Assembly: GCA_965243395.1 (NCBI GenBank)
Contig: CBDEUS010000002.1
Span: 288,001-352,000, forward strand
Length of the DNA: 64,000 bases
Direction of reading: 5' to 3'
From: Gammaproteobacteria bacterium
GTDB lineage: Bacteria > Pseudomonadota > Gammaproteobacteria > UBA4575
Shown here: piece by piece, positions 41,201-51,160 of the stretch
Layout of the letters: every line of letters begins with the position of its first letter
Numbering within the stretch: the stretch's first letter is position 1
Notes under the pieces: model-generated
Told to the model about the DNA's origin: nothing
Databases searched by the model: none
Seen by the model: the letters and a program-made list of their open reading frames with translations, nothing else
Made by a program: the position numbers and the translations under genes

Positions 41201-43461
41201 TCAGTGTATGGGGCTCCATCATTAAAATGTAAAACAAATGTTGTTTCACATGGGACTTTTTGACTCAGACTAGAAACATAATAAGGATCCCAGGTATTAT
41301 TTACTTTATATGCAGGATGTGGTCCTTGATTTGCAAGAGGAACCGGGTTGCCATTATCTGTTGCAGGGCCGTCTGGATCACCTTGACGTGCTGCATCATG
41401 CGGCCACGGAGCTGTATTTAAATCGGAATAAGGACTTGGTGCTTGTTGCTGCGCAACATACTGACCAATGTTGTAAAGTGATTCGGCAATAGGTGTTGTT
41501 GCCCAAACGAGTGGATGATCTTCAATTACATCAATTAAATCAGTTACCGGTGCGCCTACATAAGTTTCTTTACAAATATCCCAGTTAGTACGATCGGCTG
41601 CAGGCTTGAGTACATCTGGATAACATGGATTGAAAGTACCTCCGTCAAATGCTTTTCCGTCACCATTGTAAACACTTGTAGGGCTCTTGTTATGATCGTA
41701 GTTATATACGGCTAAGCCTAGATCCATACTTGCGCCCAACTTTTGAATTAAGCCAATTGGCTCATTGGGCTTATTTACGGTATCGGTTTCTTCAATTCCT
41801 AAATGAATATTAAACTGACCATTTGCAACAGTTGCTACATATCCTAAGTCTTCATCTGCATGCGTTACTTCATTGTCTGCAGATTTTTCTTCGTCAACTT
41901 GTATATCGATTTGCGTGGTAGACCACACTGCATTCGAAACACGTAAAGAAGCTGGATCAATACCAGCTAAAGTCAGCATATCGGTGACAAACATGGGTGC
42001 TGATGAAAATGTCGATGTAAATGTATGTGTGTGCCATGCTTGATCGACATCATCAATTTTACCTACCTCAAATTCCGCATCAGTGTCTTTTGTATTACCC
42101 GCAATTGGAAAAGATTCACCACTTTCTGGCGCCATCGCAATATAGTCCACCGTTTCAGCAGCATGTGGATCGATAGGTGATGCAGTGGATTTATCTTCTT
42201 GTTCTTGCAAACAGATTTCAAATGAAGATCTGCCTAAACTATCATTGCGAACTGTAACCGCATCCGCTTCATTAAAAGTTGTAGTAGCCGTGAATAATAC
42301 TGGATCTTCATCAAATGAATTGGCAAATACCACGGTCTGTCGTGAGTTAACTCCTAAACCAGGGTGATTACATAATGCAGTAACTGCTGCAACGGATCCC
42401 GCGTTAATTTCTACATCAATATCATTCGTGCCGCCACTACCATCAGGGACTTCAATTTCTAAGTCATAATCACCTCTGTCAGCAACTAAATAAAATAAAT
42501 CTTCAGTAGTGTGGTTACCATCTTTGTAATCCCATTCTTGCATGCGAATTTCAAAACCCGTTGTCGTAACATTGCGCACACGTACAACTGTTTCATCACC
42601 GCCGTTATAAGTAAGCGTTTTACCGATAACTGCAGGCGGAGTTGCATAAGTATTTTCAAATGTAATATCGTGCCAGTCATCTTCCGGTGGACCGATACTC
42701 CAATCCATCGTGACGATGCCCATCTCAACCGACTCACCCGCATCGTCTTGTAATGAAACAGCAGTAAAATTTGTGCTGGTTATACTCGTGCCCAACGGAT
42801 CAATTTGGCCGTTTGACATTTTAAAGATGGTTCCATCTGGAAATTCCGATGGAGTGTAGGCGCTACTAGTAGCATAGTATTTAGAGAACTGACGATCCTG
42901 TGGTTCATTTTGACCTAGGATTACATACCAGTCTTTACCACCAATACTTTCTGTAGCTCGATCTCTAATTTTGCCACCGATCAATACACGTCGTGCCACA
43001 TCAAAACGACGCATTGATAACCAGTTTAAGAAGTTTCCATCCCAACTGTCTGCTGGTTTTGCTGCAGGCTTTACAGCACTTTCTACAAAAAATAGCTTTG
43101 CAGGATCTGTGTCATATTTATAAAATTTTTGCGGATCAAAAAATCCATAGTATGTGAACGTAGGATCAAAGTTGTCATGTAAACCATTTTGCCAGTTCAC
43201 GCCACTCTGCCCATAAGCAGGAATTTTCATACTTCCTGAGGTATCCAGGGCAATAATTACATTAGGTTTACTTGCACTCGCAGCAAGAAATGGCGGAGTG
43301 GAAACATAAGTTCCTGGTGTTTCACCGGCGCCAAATGAAATAGATGATAAGAATAGCCCAAAGCAAAAAACCAAAATAGAAACAAAACTTCCAATTTTAG
43401 TAGTGTTTGGTTTAGTAAAAAGATTTTCCTTGAATAACTTCATTTGTCCATTTCCTTGCAA
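38242..43461 (-). CDS. pilY1: PilY1/PilC type IV pilus tip adhesin, long form, cassette B (start may be ATG 43443)
   Basis: Signal peptide, DTSGS MIDAS, LGDIVYSSP, GGNDGMLHAF, ELWAYVP, FFGTGRF. Confidence 0.92.
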   Translation of the reverse strand: MQGNGQMKLFKENLFTKPNTTKIGSFVSILVFCFGLFLSSISFGAGETPGTYVSTPPFLAASASKPNVIIALDTSGSMKIPAYGQSGVNWQNGLHDNFDPTFTYYGFFDPQKFYKYDTDPAKLFFVESAVKPAAKPADSWDGNFLNWLSMRRFDVARRVLIGGKIRDRATESIGGKDWYVILGQNEPQDRQFSKYYATSSAYTPSEFPDGTIFKMSNGQIDPLGTSITSTNFTAVSLQDDAGESVEMGIVTMDWSIGPPEDDWHDITFENTYATPPAVIGKTLTYNGGDETVVRVRNVTTTGFEIRMQEWDYKDGNHTTEDLFYLVADRGDYDLEIEVPDGSGGTNDIDVEINAGSVAAVTALCNHPGLGVNSRQTVVFANSFDEDPVLFTATTTFNEADAVTVRNDSLGRSSFEICLQEQEDKSTASPIDPHAAETVDYIAMAPESGESFPIAGNTKDTDAEFEVGKIDDVDQAWHTHTFTSTFSSAPMFVTDMLTLAGIDPASLRVSNAVWSTTQIDIQVDEEKSADNEVTHADEDLGYVATVANGQFNIHLGIEETDTVNKPNEPIGLIQKLGASMDLGLAVYNYDHNKSPTSVYNGDGKAFDGGTFNPCYPDVLKPAADRTNWDICKETYVGAPVTDLIDVIEDHPLVWATTPIAESLYNIGQYVAQQQAPSPYSDLNTAPWPHDAARQGDPDGPATDNGNPVPLANQGPHPAYKVNNTWDPYYVSSLSQKVPCETTFVLHFNDGAPYTDWDDGNGFPLPNDITTVSGYTSGNPFDQDDGLDEVAHRFRNKDLRDDLAGHQEIISYYVLAALGEDMSAIGNTPLNRLMRAAAMGGFNDKNNDNEPDNKSVTDFVTYINNNGGVCTVNEWDEDGNCVPDTFYFANDGFALETELLAAFESILKRVSSGGSASVLAGTASGQGAIFEARFEQERATVNHSATWIGDVSATLVDSYGRLREDGDQNQILDEDDYTKDGIISMCEDSDNQVVRVNIADSLASLPTAAEFAACSSAKYDKSLFDIKRVWSAAEELSSLSDANVTSQRSYSNTTGRYIITGIDGSGSGTKDGIVTNAEQQDFLPTAFNSTGISREGLLYAADATEAANIVNFTRGESQSGTGTLRTRKVIDKSGNLVTWRLGDIVYSSPKSVSRPPENYHLIYADNNNFSTYGAFFTTYRNRRSVVFAGGNDGMLHAFNGGYFNPETLEYEKGYGTTTKYDLGSELWAYVPYNALPHLKYVADPNYGSQDGDHISIVDGEVRIFDARIFSPSTTYPNGWGTILVGGMRFGGGPVEVDTDGDSVVDQTLRSSIYILDITDPENPPKLLMEYSSSDLGFTLSNVTPIVKNNSSGVDDWYLLIGSGPNDATTPQAALQNAESDQHAKLFLFDLKTMQLETDFGTSGVLTLNGTGDASNAFVTGMYPVDYNLDTQTDAVYISTVNGTTGNFAGKLYRLTLRTSDGTGAIDSGAYDDINNWTADIMLNNTGPITAISNAGLDDSGNRWIFFGTGRFLVRSDAVDNSQQSFYGIKEPRHANGGFTWATVDSSKIVDVSDVIVKTDGNLYKNGSSTSVATYSNGNASTFIALKSSMLITGTSANHGWKRDFGESPNTTYERNVGQAVLIGGVLAYTAFEPSGDVCKYEGSSTLYGVNYLTGTASSNIFVFEDPDTSGGPVEVIDSVFIGSGLTATINLHIGTGYTEQNTLANNQVNSIGQSSNALIFQKTLNTESAVVSGETNWRIAK

Positions 43462-43480
43462 TAAATTGCGACATTAAAAT

Positions 43481-44074
43481 TTAATTTCTAATTACGTGTC
43501 TAAAATCCGTGGCTACAGTTGCTCTTGCATTACTCGGACCTACACCTTCTGATACAACTTGTAAAATGGTGCGAAAGCCGCCATTACCGCCACCTTTACC
43601 AGCACCTTCGCTACCGCTAGCGAATCCAATTGAGCAACCACTACATGCTTCTGTTTTTAGTGAGAAAACTGATACTTCTGCAACTAATTCAGATGCTTCG
43701 TTTGTGCCATTAGAGTTTTCATCAAAATAAAACTCAGCATCGCTTTCAGGGTTAGCTACTGTTTCACCTGTTTCGTTTTCAGAAAGCAGATCCAATCCTG
43801 ATACACCGTCATTATCGAGCACAACCAAGCCGCTGTCGGTTGTTACATCAGTCCAGCCGTATTCTCTTAGATGCAATCCTAAAACCTGTGTAATAGACGC
43901 TCTTCCACTTTCACTATGTTCAAATGCATATTTCTTAAAAGCTGTATTTGTACTCATCCGATATTCAAGATTACTTGATTGCATTGCACCGACACCCAGA
44001 ACAGTGAGGATCATTACAAAAATTAATCCAGCTACTAGGACATTTCCTTTTTGTTTGATAAATCCCATGTTCAT
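43481..44074 (-). CDS. pilX: PilX-like minor pilin, cassette B
   Basis: QKGNVLVAGLIFVMILTVLGVGAMQSSNLEYRMSTN (no Glu+5, as in PilX); position before pilY1. Confidence 0.85.
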   Translation of the reverse strand: MNMGFIKQKGNVLVAGLIFVMILTVLGVGAMQSSNLEYRMSTNTAFKKYAFEHSESGRASITQVLGLHLREYGWTDVTTDSGLVVLDNDGVSGLDLLSENETGETVANPESDAEFYFDENSNGTNEASELVAEVSVFSLKTEACSGCSIGFASGSEGAGKGGGNGGFRTILQVVSEGVGPSNARATVATDFRHVIRN

Positions 44075-44077
44075 TTT

Positions 44078-45070
44078 TTATGTCCTTACACGATTGCGAA
44101 TTTGTATGAGCTTGCGTAGTTGCTTTCGGTGAAAAGCTTGACCAGAAGTTGGGGGAGTAAAATCTACACCACCAGTAGCAGCGGCCCCTCCAGCTAATTG
44201 ATAAGTTGTTGTATCGGATATTGAATGATCTTGTGAAGGAGCGCGAATCACCATATCTAAACTTATGGCCACTACCTGGGACCAGTCACTTACTGCACCT
44301 GCACTCAAAAATTGGTCTGCAACCGTATCGCTGTCCGTATCTACTCCGTATGTATATTGAATCTGTTCAACACCATCGGCTAATACTTCTGACTGCAAAG
44401 CATTACCATTTAAAGTTAACCGCCATAAGCCTGGGATGTTATTGGTGCATGCATTGTCACTGCAGTTACGAACGTAATAGGCTTCTACTTTATATAAATG
44501 ATTTCTTGCAGCATTTGATGAAGGTATGCTTGTATTAGTGATTGCACTTGTAAATAATTCTGCGCCCGTCTCTGTCTCAGTACGTACATATACATTTGAT
44601 GCATTCACATCTGCATCGGCTACTGCTTCCCCTTCTGCATATCGAAGAATAAGAACATCGGTATTAGGTTCGTATGTGTTAGCCCCGAAACAACCACCAA
44701 TCGAAGTAATACCAGATTGCGCTGATGTGCCATCTTGTCCAAATACTGGTTGGCTTGCATTTAGTATCCACGTACTGTCACAAGAACCAGCACCTGTTAA
44801 ACCGCTAATGGTTGTGCTTGTTACTGAAGTTGCAGATATACCTCCCCAATGATCGGCCATCTGGATACTATTTGTTACCGTTTCCAGAATTTGTCGGCCG
44901 AGCTCTTGCAGAATACTAAAATCCTCACGAACTCTGTATGTCTCTTTACTTCCTACATACACATTCACAATAGCGAGCATCAGGATCAAACTAATCGCCA
45001 TAGAGACCATTAATTCTACAAGCGAGACCCCTTTACAAAATTTGAATTTGTTTTTACGACTTAATTTCAT
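44078..45070 (-). CDS. pilW: PilW minor pilin, cassette B
   Basis: GVSLVELMVSM, LADGVEQIQYTYGVDTD, IQIRNR. Confidence 0.92.
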   Translation of the reverse strand: MKLSRKNKFKFCKGVSLVELMVSMAISLILMLAIVNVYVGSKETYRVREDFSILQELGRQILETVTNSIQMADHWGGISATSVTSTTISGLTGAGSCDSTWILNASQPVFGQDGTSAQSGITSIGGCFGANTYEPNTDVLILRYAEGEAVADADVNASNVYVRTETETGAELFTSAITNTSIPSSNAARNHLYKVEAYYVRNCSDNACTNNIPGLWRLTLNGNALQSEVLADGVEQIQYTYGVDTDSDTVADQFLSAGAVSDWSQVVAISLDMVIRAPSQDHSISDTTTYQLAGGAAATGGVDFTPPTSGQAFHRKQLRKLIQIRNRVRT

Positions 45071-45084
45071 GTGTTAATACGTTT

Positions 45085-45549
45085 TTATGGTAAAAAATCT
45101 AAAATATATGATTTAGGAGCCGTGCCACCCGACTCAACATCATTCCAAAGAACAGTAATTTGAAAACGGCTTCCAACTCTAGTTACTGTCCCTGTTGAAC
45201 CAAATAATGTGTTATTCATTCCATTCCATTCAGCATGATCCATTTGTGCACGCTGTTCAGATGTGCAAGTTGAAGTAATGCAATCAGGTTTAGTACCAGA
45301 AAATAAACCGGACATATTGTTGTAATAACCGCCGGTTGTTGTATCTACCATTTCAGCAGGGTTTGCACGAATTCTCTCGGCCATATCCTGTGCTTGCTGT
45401 GTAGCAATAGACAACATATATGAATTTTGTGTGTATCGAACACCCAACGTTTGTAGAGCTGCAACACCTAGAATGCCAACACTAATTACGACAACTGAAA
45501 TTAACATTTCAATTAATGTAAAACCTTTGTTGTTAGATATTTTCTTCAT
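45085..45549 (-). CDS. pilV: PilV minor pilin, cassette B
   Basis: GFTLIEMLISV..GILG, MAERIRANP; ATGA overlap with fimT stop. Confidence 0.92.
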   Translation of the reverse strand: MKKISNNKGFTLIEMLISVVVISVGILGVAALQTLGVRYTQNSYMLSIATQQAQDMAERIRANPAEMVDTTTGGYYNNMSGLFSGTKPDCITSTCTSEQRAQMDHAEWNGMNNTLFGSTGTVTRVGSRFQITVLWNDVESGGTAPKSYILDFLP

Positions 45550-46085
45550 GGGCATGTTCCAGATTTAGTAACACGCGGGTTTCCAAGTGGGCTAAATGAC
45601 AGTTCCCGTGTGTATTGATCATTATTATTTGCATCACAAAACTTAAAAGACGCAGCACTTGAGCTAATTCTTCCGTCAGAAGAATATGAAAATGAAGCAA
45701 GCCCGCCGCCGCCGGTTTCAGTTAAAGAAGCACCACCTGTAATTCCATCATGGCTACGGATTAATTCATTCGCATCATAAGCACCATCTTCATCTTCATC
45801 GGCAAACATTACCCAACCATCTGCCCATCCGGTTCCTGAACTTCCACAAGGTGAAGCTGCTGCAGGGTTACCGCTCCAGCACATAAATACATCTCTGTTT
45901 CGCTTTACTGCTTCACTACGGGCATACAAAATCGCAGCATGAAAGTTATTTGCCTGAGATGTAATGCGATTATTATTTATAAATGAACCAAAAGATGGCA
46001 CTGCAACTGATATTAATAATGCTAATACCAGTAAAGCCATCATCAATTCAATAATTGTAAAACCACGTTGTAGTTGCTTATTCAT
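45546..46085 (-). CDS. fimT: FimT/FimU minor pilin, cassette B
   Basis: GFTIIELM, YARSEAVKRN, WADGWVMFAD. Confidence 0.92.
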   Translation of the reverse strand: MNKQLQRGFTIIELMMALLVLALLISVAVPSFGSFINNNRITSQANNFHAAILYARSEAVKRNRDVFMCWSGNPAAASPCGSSGTGWADGWVMFADEDEDGAYDANELIRSHDGITGGASLTETGGGGLASFSYSSDGRISSSAASFKFCDANNNDQYTRELSFSPLGNPRVTKSGTCP

Positions 46086-46408
46086 AATCTTCAAATTAAT
46101 TATTTCGATGTAAGAGGATTAAACCTCTCTCGCCTAACAATACGAATTACTCTACATTGATAATTAAGGATTTTTCGCGAGTGCGTTGTAACTCGCTTGG
46201 ATTCTCTGATGAGCGGAAGTAAAGATTTACTGCATCAAAAATAGCGCAACATTTTTATCCGATGAGTGGTAAAACAAAAATTTTTTGTGACTAATTTAAA
46301 AAAAATACACTGTATTTTTTACGATTTATGACATGTAATTTTTTTTACCGCGCAAACTATTTATTTTCCTTAGAGTTTAAATAAAGCAGCTAAAAATACA
46401 GATAAATA
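46060..46408 (-). repeat. fimT promoter/leader region, copy 2 (homologous to 36833-37081)
   Basis: Same conserved blocks as copy 1, with a spacer about 98 bp longer; candidate -10 TAGAGT on the minus strand. Confidence 0.88.
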
Positions 46409-46460
46409 GGCGGGGGATAAACGCCGATCGAACGCAGCCAGGTGCTAAATTATGTGCCAT

Positions 46461-46871
46461 CTACCATTTTGCAGCAGGTGTCTTCACATTGCGTGAATTG
46501 TATGTAAGATTGCCATCGCTGGCGTGGCCCGCTTGAGCAACTGCCGTCAATAATACGCAATCCGCTATAGGTGTCGGGACATCACATATTGCAGCCGACA
46601 CTAAATAAAACCCTTTTTCCGAACTAACCTGCCCTCCACCTGCATCATCGAAACCTAATTCACCAACTAAATTTGTGGTGTAGGTGCCCTCCGAAGAATG
46701 AAACTTTTGCTCTTCATGCATAATTTCCAACAATATTCTTTTACCGTCAGAGCGTCGATTTTCTGCAGACTGTGATTGATAAATTGGGTATGAAATTGCA
46801 ACCAATACAGCAAGTACGATCAGCACGATCATTAATTCAATTAAGGAAATACCAGAAGAATAGAGCTTCAA
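46461..46871 (-). CDS. pilE: PilE minor pilin, cassette A
   Basis: GISLIELMIVL, YPIYQ, RRSDGK; follows pilY1. Confidence 0.88.
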   Translation of the reverse strand: MKLYSSGISLIELMIVLIVLAVLVAISYPIYQSQSAENRRSDGKRILLEIMHEEQKFHSSEGTYTTNLVGELGFDDAGGGQVSSEKGFYLVSAAICDVPTPIADCVLLTAVAQAGHASDGNLTYNSRNVKTPAAKW

Positions 46872-46892
46872 AATTGCTTAATTAAGTTTGAC

Positions 46893-49800
46893 TTAATTCA
46901 AAATCTCTTTCCAAGAATGTCGACCTAGCAAGACACCGTTGTTTAACGCAGGGTTAATTAAAATTCTATCCACGCTTCCATTCGCTAACTGCGTTACACG
47001 ATAATCGCCAATGAAATTATTATCACTGGGCGCACTTTCAAACTGGGTACCAACAATGACATTGGCAAGATTATTCACTCCATTTAAATTATCGTTTAGA
47101 TCAAATACGCCATCAATATTAATATCGAAAATTACGTTAATACCAACACCGCCAGTCAACGCATCTACACTCAAGCCAAACCCGCCTGCAGGTGGTGCGC
47201 AACTTGTGCCATCTTGTGGAATAACAGTATTAAAAAATAGCTGGCTAGTACGTAGTTGCAAACTCCTGACGGGTCGCTCGCCAGGAAATTGCACACCCGT
47301 TGTTGACCCGGGTGGTGGTATATCAAAATCGATAAACCATCCACGTACTTGATTCGCACCAGAATCATTATACAAAACAGGATTGTTGCTAACTGTACGC
47401 ACTACCAGACCACTATCATTATCCACTGTAGTAATAAAATTTTGTTCGACTAATTGAGAGGGTGAACTATATTTAGTGATGGTAGAAGTATTGCCCGTTG
47501 GATTGTCCCAAAGTCCATATATAGATTGTATCTCCGTACTGATTGCATCATCTGTAGTGAAATAACTGCCTGTGCCAACGATTACCACAAATCCACCACT
47601 AGGATTGGCGATTACAGTGGGTCGTGTAGTGATGGGTTGAGGGGTTGATACAATAGGTGAGCCAGACTCATATGTCGCAGTAAACAGTGTTCTTTCAATA
47701 TTCCAACTTGATGGATTCGTGCTAGTAAGATCAATGATGTAAACATTGCCTTGTAAATCTCCTGCATAAGCACGATCTGCAGTTCCATTGCCATCGGTAT
47801 CAATAACGGTTATACCGCTAATACCATTCGGTGTTGTGCCATCTGCACTAGTAGACTTACCCACGCCCGTATCAATTTTGATGAAGTCACTACCCGGGCT
47901 CCAACCATTGTAGTCATTGTCTAAGAACAAAACATAGATTATGGCGTTGCCATTTGCGCTAGTGCTGTTAAATCCGTTACCAAAAATAGCAACCCATTCT
48001 TTATCACCCGTTGATGGTGCGTTGCTCATTGCAATCACAGGTTGGCTAAAACTAAAGCCTAAATCAGCATCATCGTTATCAGTAAACTCCCACATCACAT
48101 TATCTTCATCAATACTGGTGGGGTTGGTAATATCTAAAGCAAAATAACCTTTCCCTCCAGCGCCTAAGCCGTTCACTAAAACAGTACGCCATTGCTGTGA
48201 TCCGCCCGTCACAGGATCAATATAGACATCATTCACACTGGGTGTTAAGTCAACATAAAATTGGTGCACGTAGTTAGGATCAGTGTAGTTACCGATTTCA
48301 TTAAACAAAACATCAGGAATGTATGCAAAGCGTTCATCTCCTGGATCAGCAGAAGGAGTGTCGTTTACATAGAATGAATGCAACATACCATCATTCGCAC
48401 CTACATAGACGAACTGTTCACGATTTTGATTTGCAGCACGAAATTCAGCGTAGGTATCCCCTGAGCCACTCGGAAATGCTCCGCCAGTGCGATTCACAAA
48501 TGGTGGGTCACCGACAAAAACCGGAGATGAATGCACAATATCGCCTATCTTTCCTCCAGTGGTAATACCATTTACGGTTGAAAGTGCTGAACGTACACGC
48601 ATTTCTCCACCATCAAAATTCGTACCTTCATTACTGGAGTCACCACGTAAATAGTCAATACGTGTTTGTACAATAGGATTAACTGGAGCGGCAGGCACTG
48701 GATTTTCAAGTGCCGTAATTTGAGCAGCAGTTAAATTGCCTAGAACAAATTCAATTCCTTGATCTGCGGCAGGATCAAAACTGAAAATATTTCTAGTGTT
48801 CGGTGCCTGGGTATTTACTTGTGTAGCCGCACTCCACTCAAATATGGGATTACCATTACTATCTTCATTAAAGCTGCCATCAAAATTCACACGTTGTGCA
48901 ACCAGCTCACCTGAATTGTTTGCTAAATTGGAAAAAGTTCTAAACACTAAAGTGTCTTCACGAATACTTTGTGTATTAAAAGCCATGGCGGTTGTAGAGC
49001 CAGTATTTGAAGCAGCACGTGTAAAAGCTGAATCAAGTTCATTCATAATTGATGGAAAATCCTTCTCGCCTGTTGCGGTAATAAAATTTCCTCTACCGTT
49101 ATAAGCTGCATGGCGTAAATCATCAATCACACCCGGGAATGTGGCAGGATCTAACCAACTAAAACTAGTTTTAGCATCCCCAGGGAATGAAGGATCAATA
49201 ATCATATTTAAGTTATTAAATATGCTCACCACATTTGTATTCAAATGTTGCTGCAAGGTATCACCCGCCAGTAATGCTGCAGGAGTGTTTGGATCACGAA
49301 TGAAATCAACACTTGTTGCGGGAACGTTATTATCTAAAAGGGGTTGCAGATCATTTTCATGATAAAAAATTGCAACATCTGCTAATGTATTTGAAAAGCT
49401 ATCCGCAAAAGCTCCGCCATCAAAGTCGCTACTTAAATCATCTTGATCTTCATTTCCTACAGAAGGATCCGGTCCATTATAAAATCCATCTGAAAATATG
49501 AACCCAGTATTGGTCTGACAGGTTCCCCCCGGTGCAATTAATGCTGGACAATCTGCATCACCAGGATTTGAACTGGATGTGCTATTGAAAATATCACCCG
49601 CGGAACATTCAAAATACTCACCAACTTTTTCATATGCCTGGCGTAAAGGTGTAGCGCCTAATGAATTGGCGCTGGCGATTGCATCTAAAAGTGTTCGTTT
49701 ATTTCCAGTTGACGTAGAGAGATTTTGTAAAGCGACGCGTAAACCAGGGCTAACATTTTGGTTGATCGTTGCAAAACCAATACGCGAGGCTGTGTTTCCC

Positions 49801-50621
49801 GCTACGGCATGAGTAGTTAACGCCTTGGCAACATATTCCCGTTTACGATAATAGCTAAACCAGTTTGCAAAATTTTGTTGGGTTGCTGCATCTTGTGCGC
49901 TGACTAAATTTTCTATTTGCTCTCCATCTTCAAAAACACCATCGCCATCGTCATTCCAGTCATAGTATGCAAACCCGTTTCCACTAATTCTATTTCCACT
50001 AATATCTAAACCTGATTCATGGCTAGTCAGGTTGATAAATTCCTGAGGGTTATATGGATTATCCGGTGCATTCGTAACATCTACATCAGCATAGGGATTA
50101 CCATTGATATCCACTCCTGCCCAGGGAATGTAAGTTTTATTTGGATCAAAATATAGAGGGTTGTATGTTGAGTTGCGCACTCTGAATTCTTCATCCCTTG
50201 CAACAAAACAGTTTCGAATAAATGGATCGTTTGCTGGCGCAGCTAAATCCATCGGTTTAAATTCGTTGCTATTAAACGCAACAATATATAAGTACCCACT
50301 TATAAAATCGCCATTTGCAGTGCTCGTGAGTGGGTCGATATAAGGTTGACAAGAAGGTGGCCCGCCAGTTTCAGGAACTCTATGAGTGATGTCAGCAACT
50401 ACACAGCTACCATCCACATTAGCTGAACAAAATGCACCACTATTATCCGGATTTTGGGTGAGCACTTCCCAATCCATGCTGCCAGAATCATCCGTTAAAA
50501 TAAAAACATTAGCCGGGACCGAAGGGGTCAGTTCCAAAGGCACATTGGAAATATTTAGTGGCCCTGCAAGTGCAGTACTACAGAATCCAAAAAATATAAG
50601 TAGATATTTAATGTAGCGCAT
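46893..50621 (-). CDS. pilY1: PilY1/PilC type IV pilus tip adhesin, cassette A
   Basis: Signal peptide, DDSGS MIDAS, NFANWFSYY, IGDIVHSSP, GANDGMLH, Ca-loop DTDGNGTADRAYAGDLQGN; TAATG coupling to pilX. Confidence 0.94.
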   Translation of the reverse strand: MRYIKYLLIFFGFCSTALAGPLNISNVPLELTPSVPANVFILTDDSGSMDWEVLTQNPDNSGAFCSANVDGSCVVADITHRVPETGGPPSCQPYIDPLTSTANGDFISGYLYIVAFNSNEFKPMDLAAPANDPFIRNCFVARDEEFRVRNSTYNPLYFDPNKTYIPWAGVDINGNPYADVDVTNAPDNPYNPQEFINLTSHESGLDISGNRISGNGFAYYDWNDDGDGVFEDGEQIENLVSAQDAATQQNFANWFSYYRKREYVAKALTTHAVAGNTASRIGFATINQNVSPGLRVALQNLSTSTGNKRTLLDAIASANSLGATPLRQAYEKVGEYFECSAGDIFNSTSSSNPGDADCPALIAPGGTCQTNTGFIFSDGFYNGPDPSVGNEDQDDLSSDFDGGAFADSFSNTLADVAIFYHENDLQPLLDNNVPATSVDFIRDPNTPAALLAGDTLQQHLNTNVVSIFNNLNMIIDPSFPGDAKTSFSWLDPATFPGVIDDLRHAAYNGRGNFITATGEKDFPSIMNELDSAFTRAASNTGSTTAMAFNTQSIREDTLVFRTFSNLANNSGELVAQRVNFDGSFNEDSNGNPIFEWSAATQVNTQAPNTRNIFSFDPAADQGIEFVLGNLTAAQITALENPVPAAPVNPIVQTRIDYLRGDSSNEGTNFDGGEMRVRSALSTVNGITTGGKIGDIVHSSPVFVGDPPFVNRTGGAFPSGSGDTYAEFRAANQNREQFVYVGANDGMLHSFYVNDTPSADPGDERFAYIPDVLFNEIGNYTDPNYVHQFYVDLTPSVNDVYIDPVTGGSQQWRTVLVNGLGAGGKGYFALDITNPTSIDEDNVMWEFTDNDDADLGFSFSQPVIAMSNAPSTGDKEWVAIFGNGFNSTSANGNAIIYVLFLDNDYNGWSPGSDFIKIDTGVGKSTSADGTTPNGISGITVIDTDGNGTADRAYAGDLQGNVYIIDLTSTNPSSWNIERTLFTATYESGSPIVSTPQPITTRPTVIANPSGGFVVIVGTGSYFTTDDAISTEIQSIYGLWDNPTGNTSTITKYSSPSQLVEQNFITTVDNDSGLVVRTVSNNPVLYNDSGANQVRGWFIDFDIPPPGSTTGVQFPGERPVRSLQLRTSQLFFNTVIPQDGTSCAPPAGGFGLSVDALTGGVGINVIFDINIDGVFDLNDNLNGVNNLANVIVGTQFESAPSDNNFIGDYRVTQLANGSVDRILINPALNNGVLLGRHSWKEILN

Positions 50622-51160
50622 TACCAATCAGCACCAAAAATAGATTGCAGCACCACTTCCGTATTGTTACTACTACCCGTGCCTCGTGCAGTAACACGAA
50701 ACAGTTCTACGGTTTGACCTGCCTGACCTTCACCATAATTTTGTAGAATTAAATCAGGAGCTACTTGAGTGGAAGCGATACGTTGAATTATAAATCTGGG
50801 TCTAACACCGACATTATCAGGTTTGTTAAACGTGGTATGTTGACGTGAATCCGTTGCATCCCAACTCAATGTTGACCATAAATCATCATCTGCGTTGTCG
50901 TACAATCCATCTGAACCATTAGTATCAAAATCAGCAAGACTTAATGTACCTGATGCTAATAAATTTTCGGCTGCGCGCAATGCTGCTTCAGCAGTCTGTA
51001 ATGCCACCAAACTATCTTTTGTGTTACTTGCCATACGAACTTCAAGGGTTGATCCCTGCATACTAGTAATCGCTATAAGTGACATGATTAACAGCATAAT
51101 CAATCCCACAAATAACACTGCACCTTTTTGGGTAAACTTTTTTAGCAATTTCATTTTCAC
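50621..51160 (-). CDS. pilX: PilX minor pilin, cassette A
   Basis: QKGAVLFVGLIMLL, AEAALRAAE, FRVTARGTG. Confidence 0.92.
   Translation of the reverse strand: MKMKLLKKFTQKGAVLFVGLIMLLIMSLIAITSMQGSTLEVRMASNTKDSLVALQTAEAALRAAENLLASGTLSLADFDTNGSDGLYDNADDDLWSTLSWDATDSRQHTTFNKPDNVGVRPRFIIQRIASTQVAPDLILQNYGEGQAGQTVELFRVTARGTGSSNNTEVVLQSIFGADW

Noticed and set aside
36170-46460. Possibility that cassettes B/C form a mobile element or integron array
   Set aside because: No integrase, transposase, attC-like sites or terminal inverted repeats are visible; the repeats are host-gene and promoter remnants
48630-48660. RGD tripeptide in cassette A PilY1 (YLRGD)
   Set aside because: LRGD is a common conserved PilY1 segment and is not by itself evidence of integrin binding
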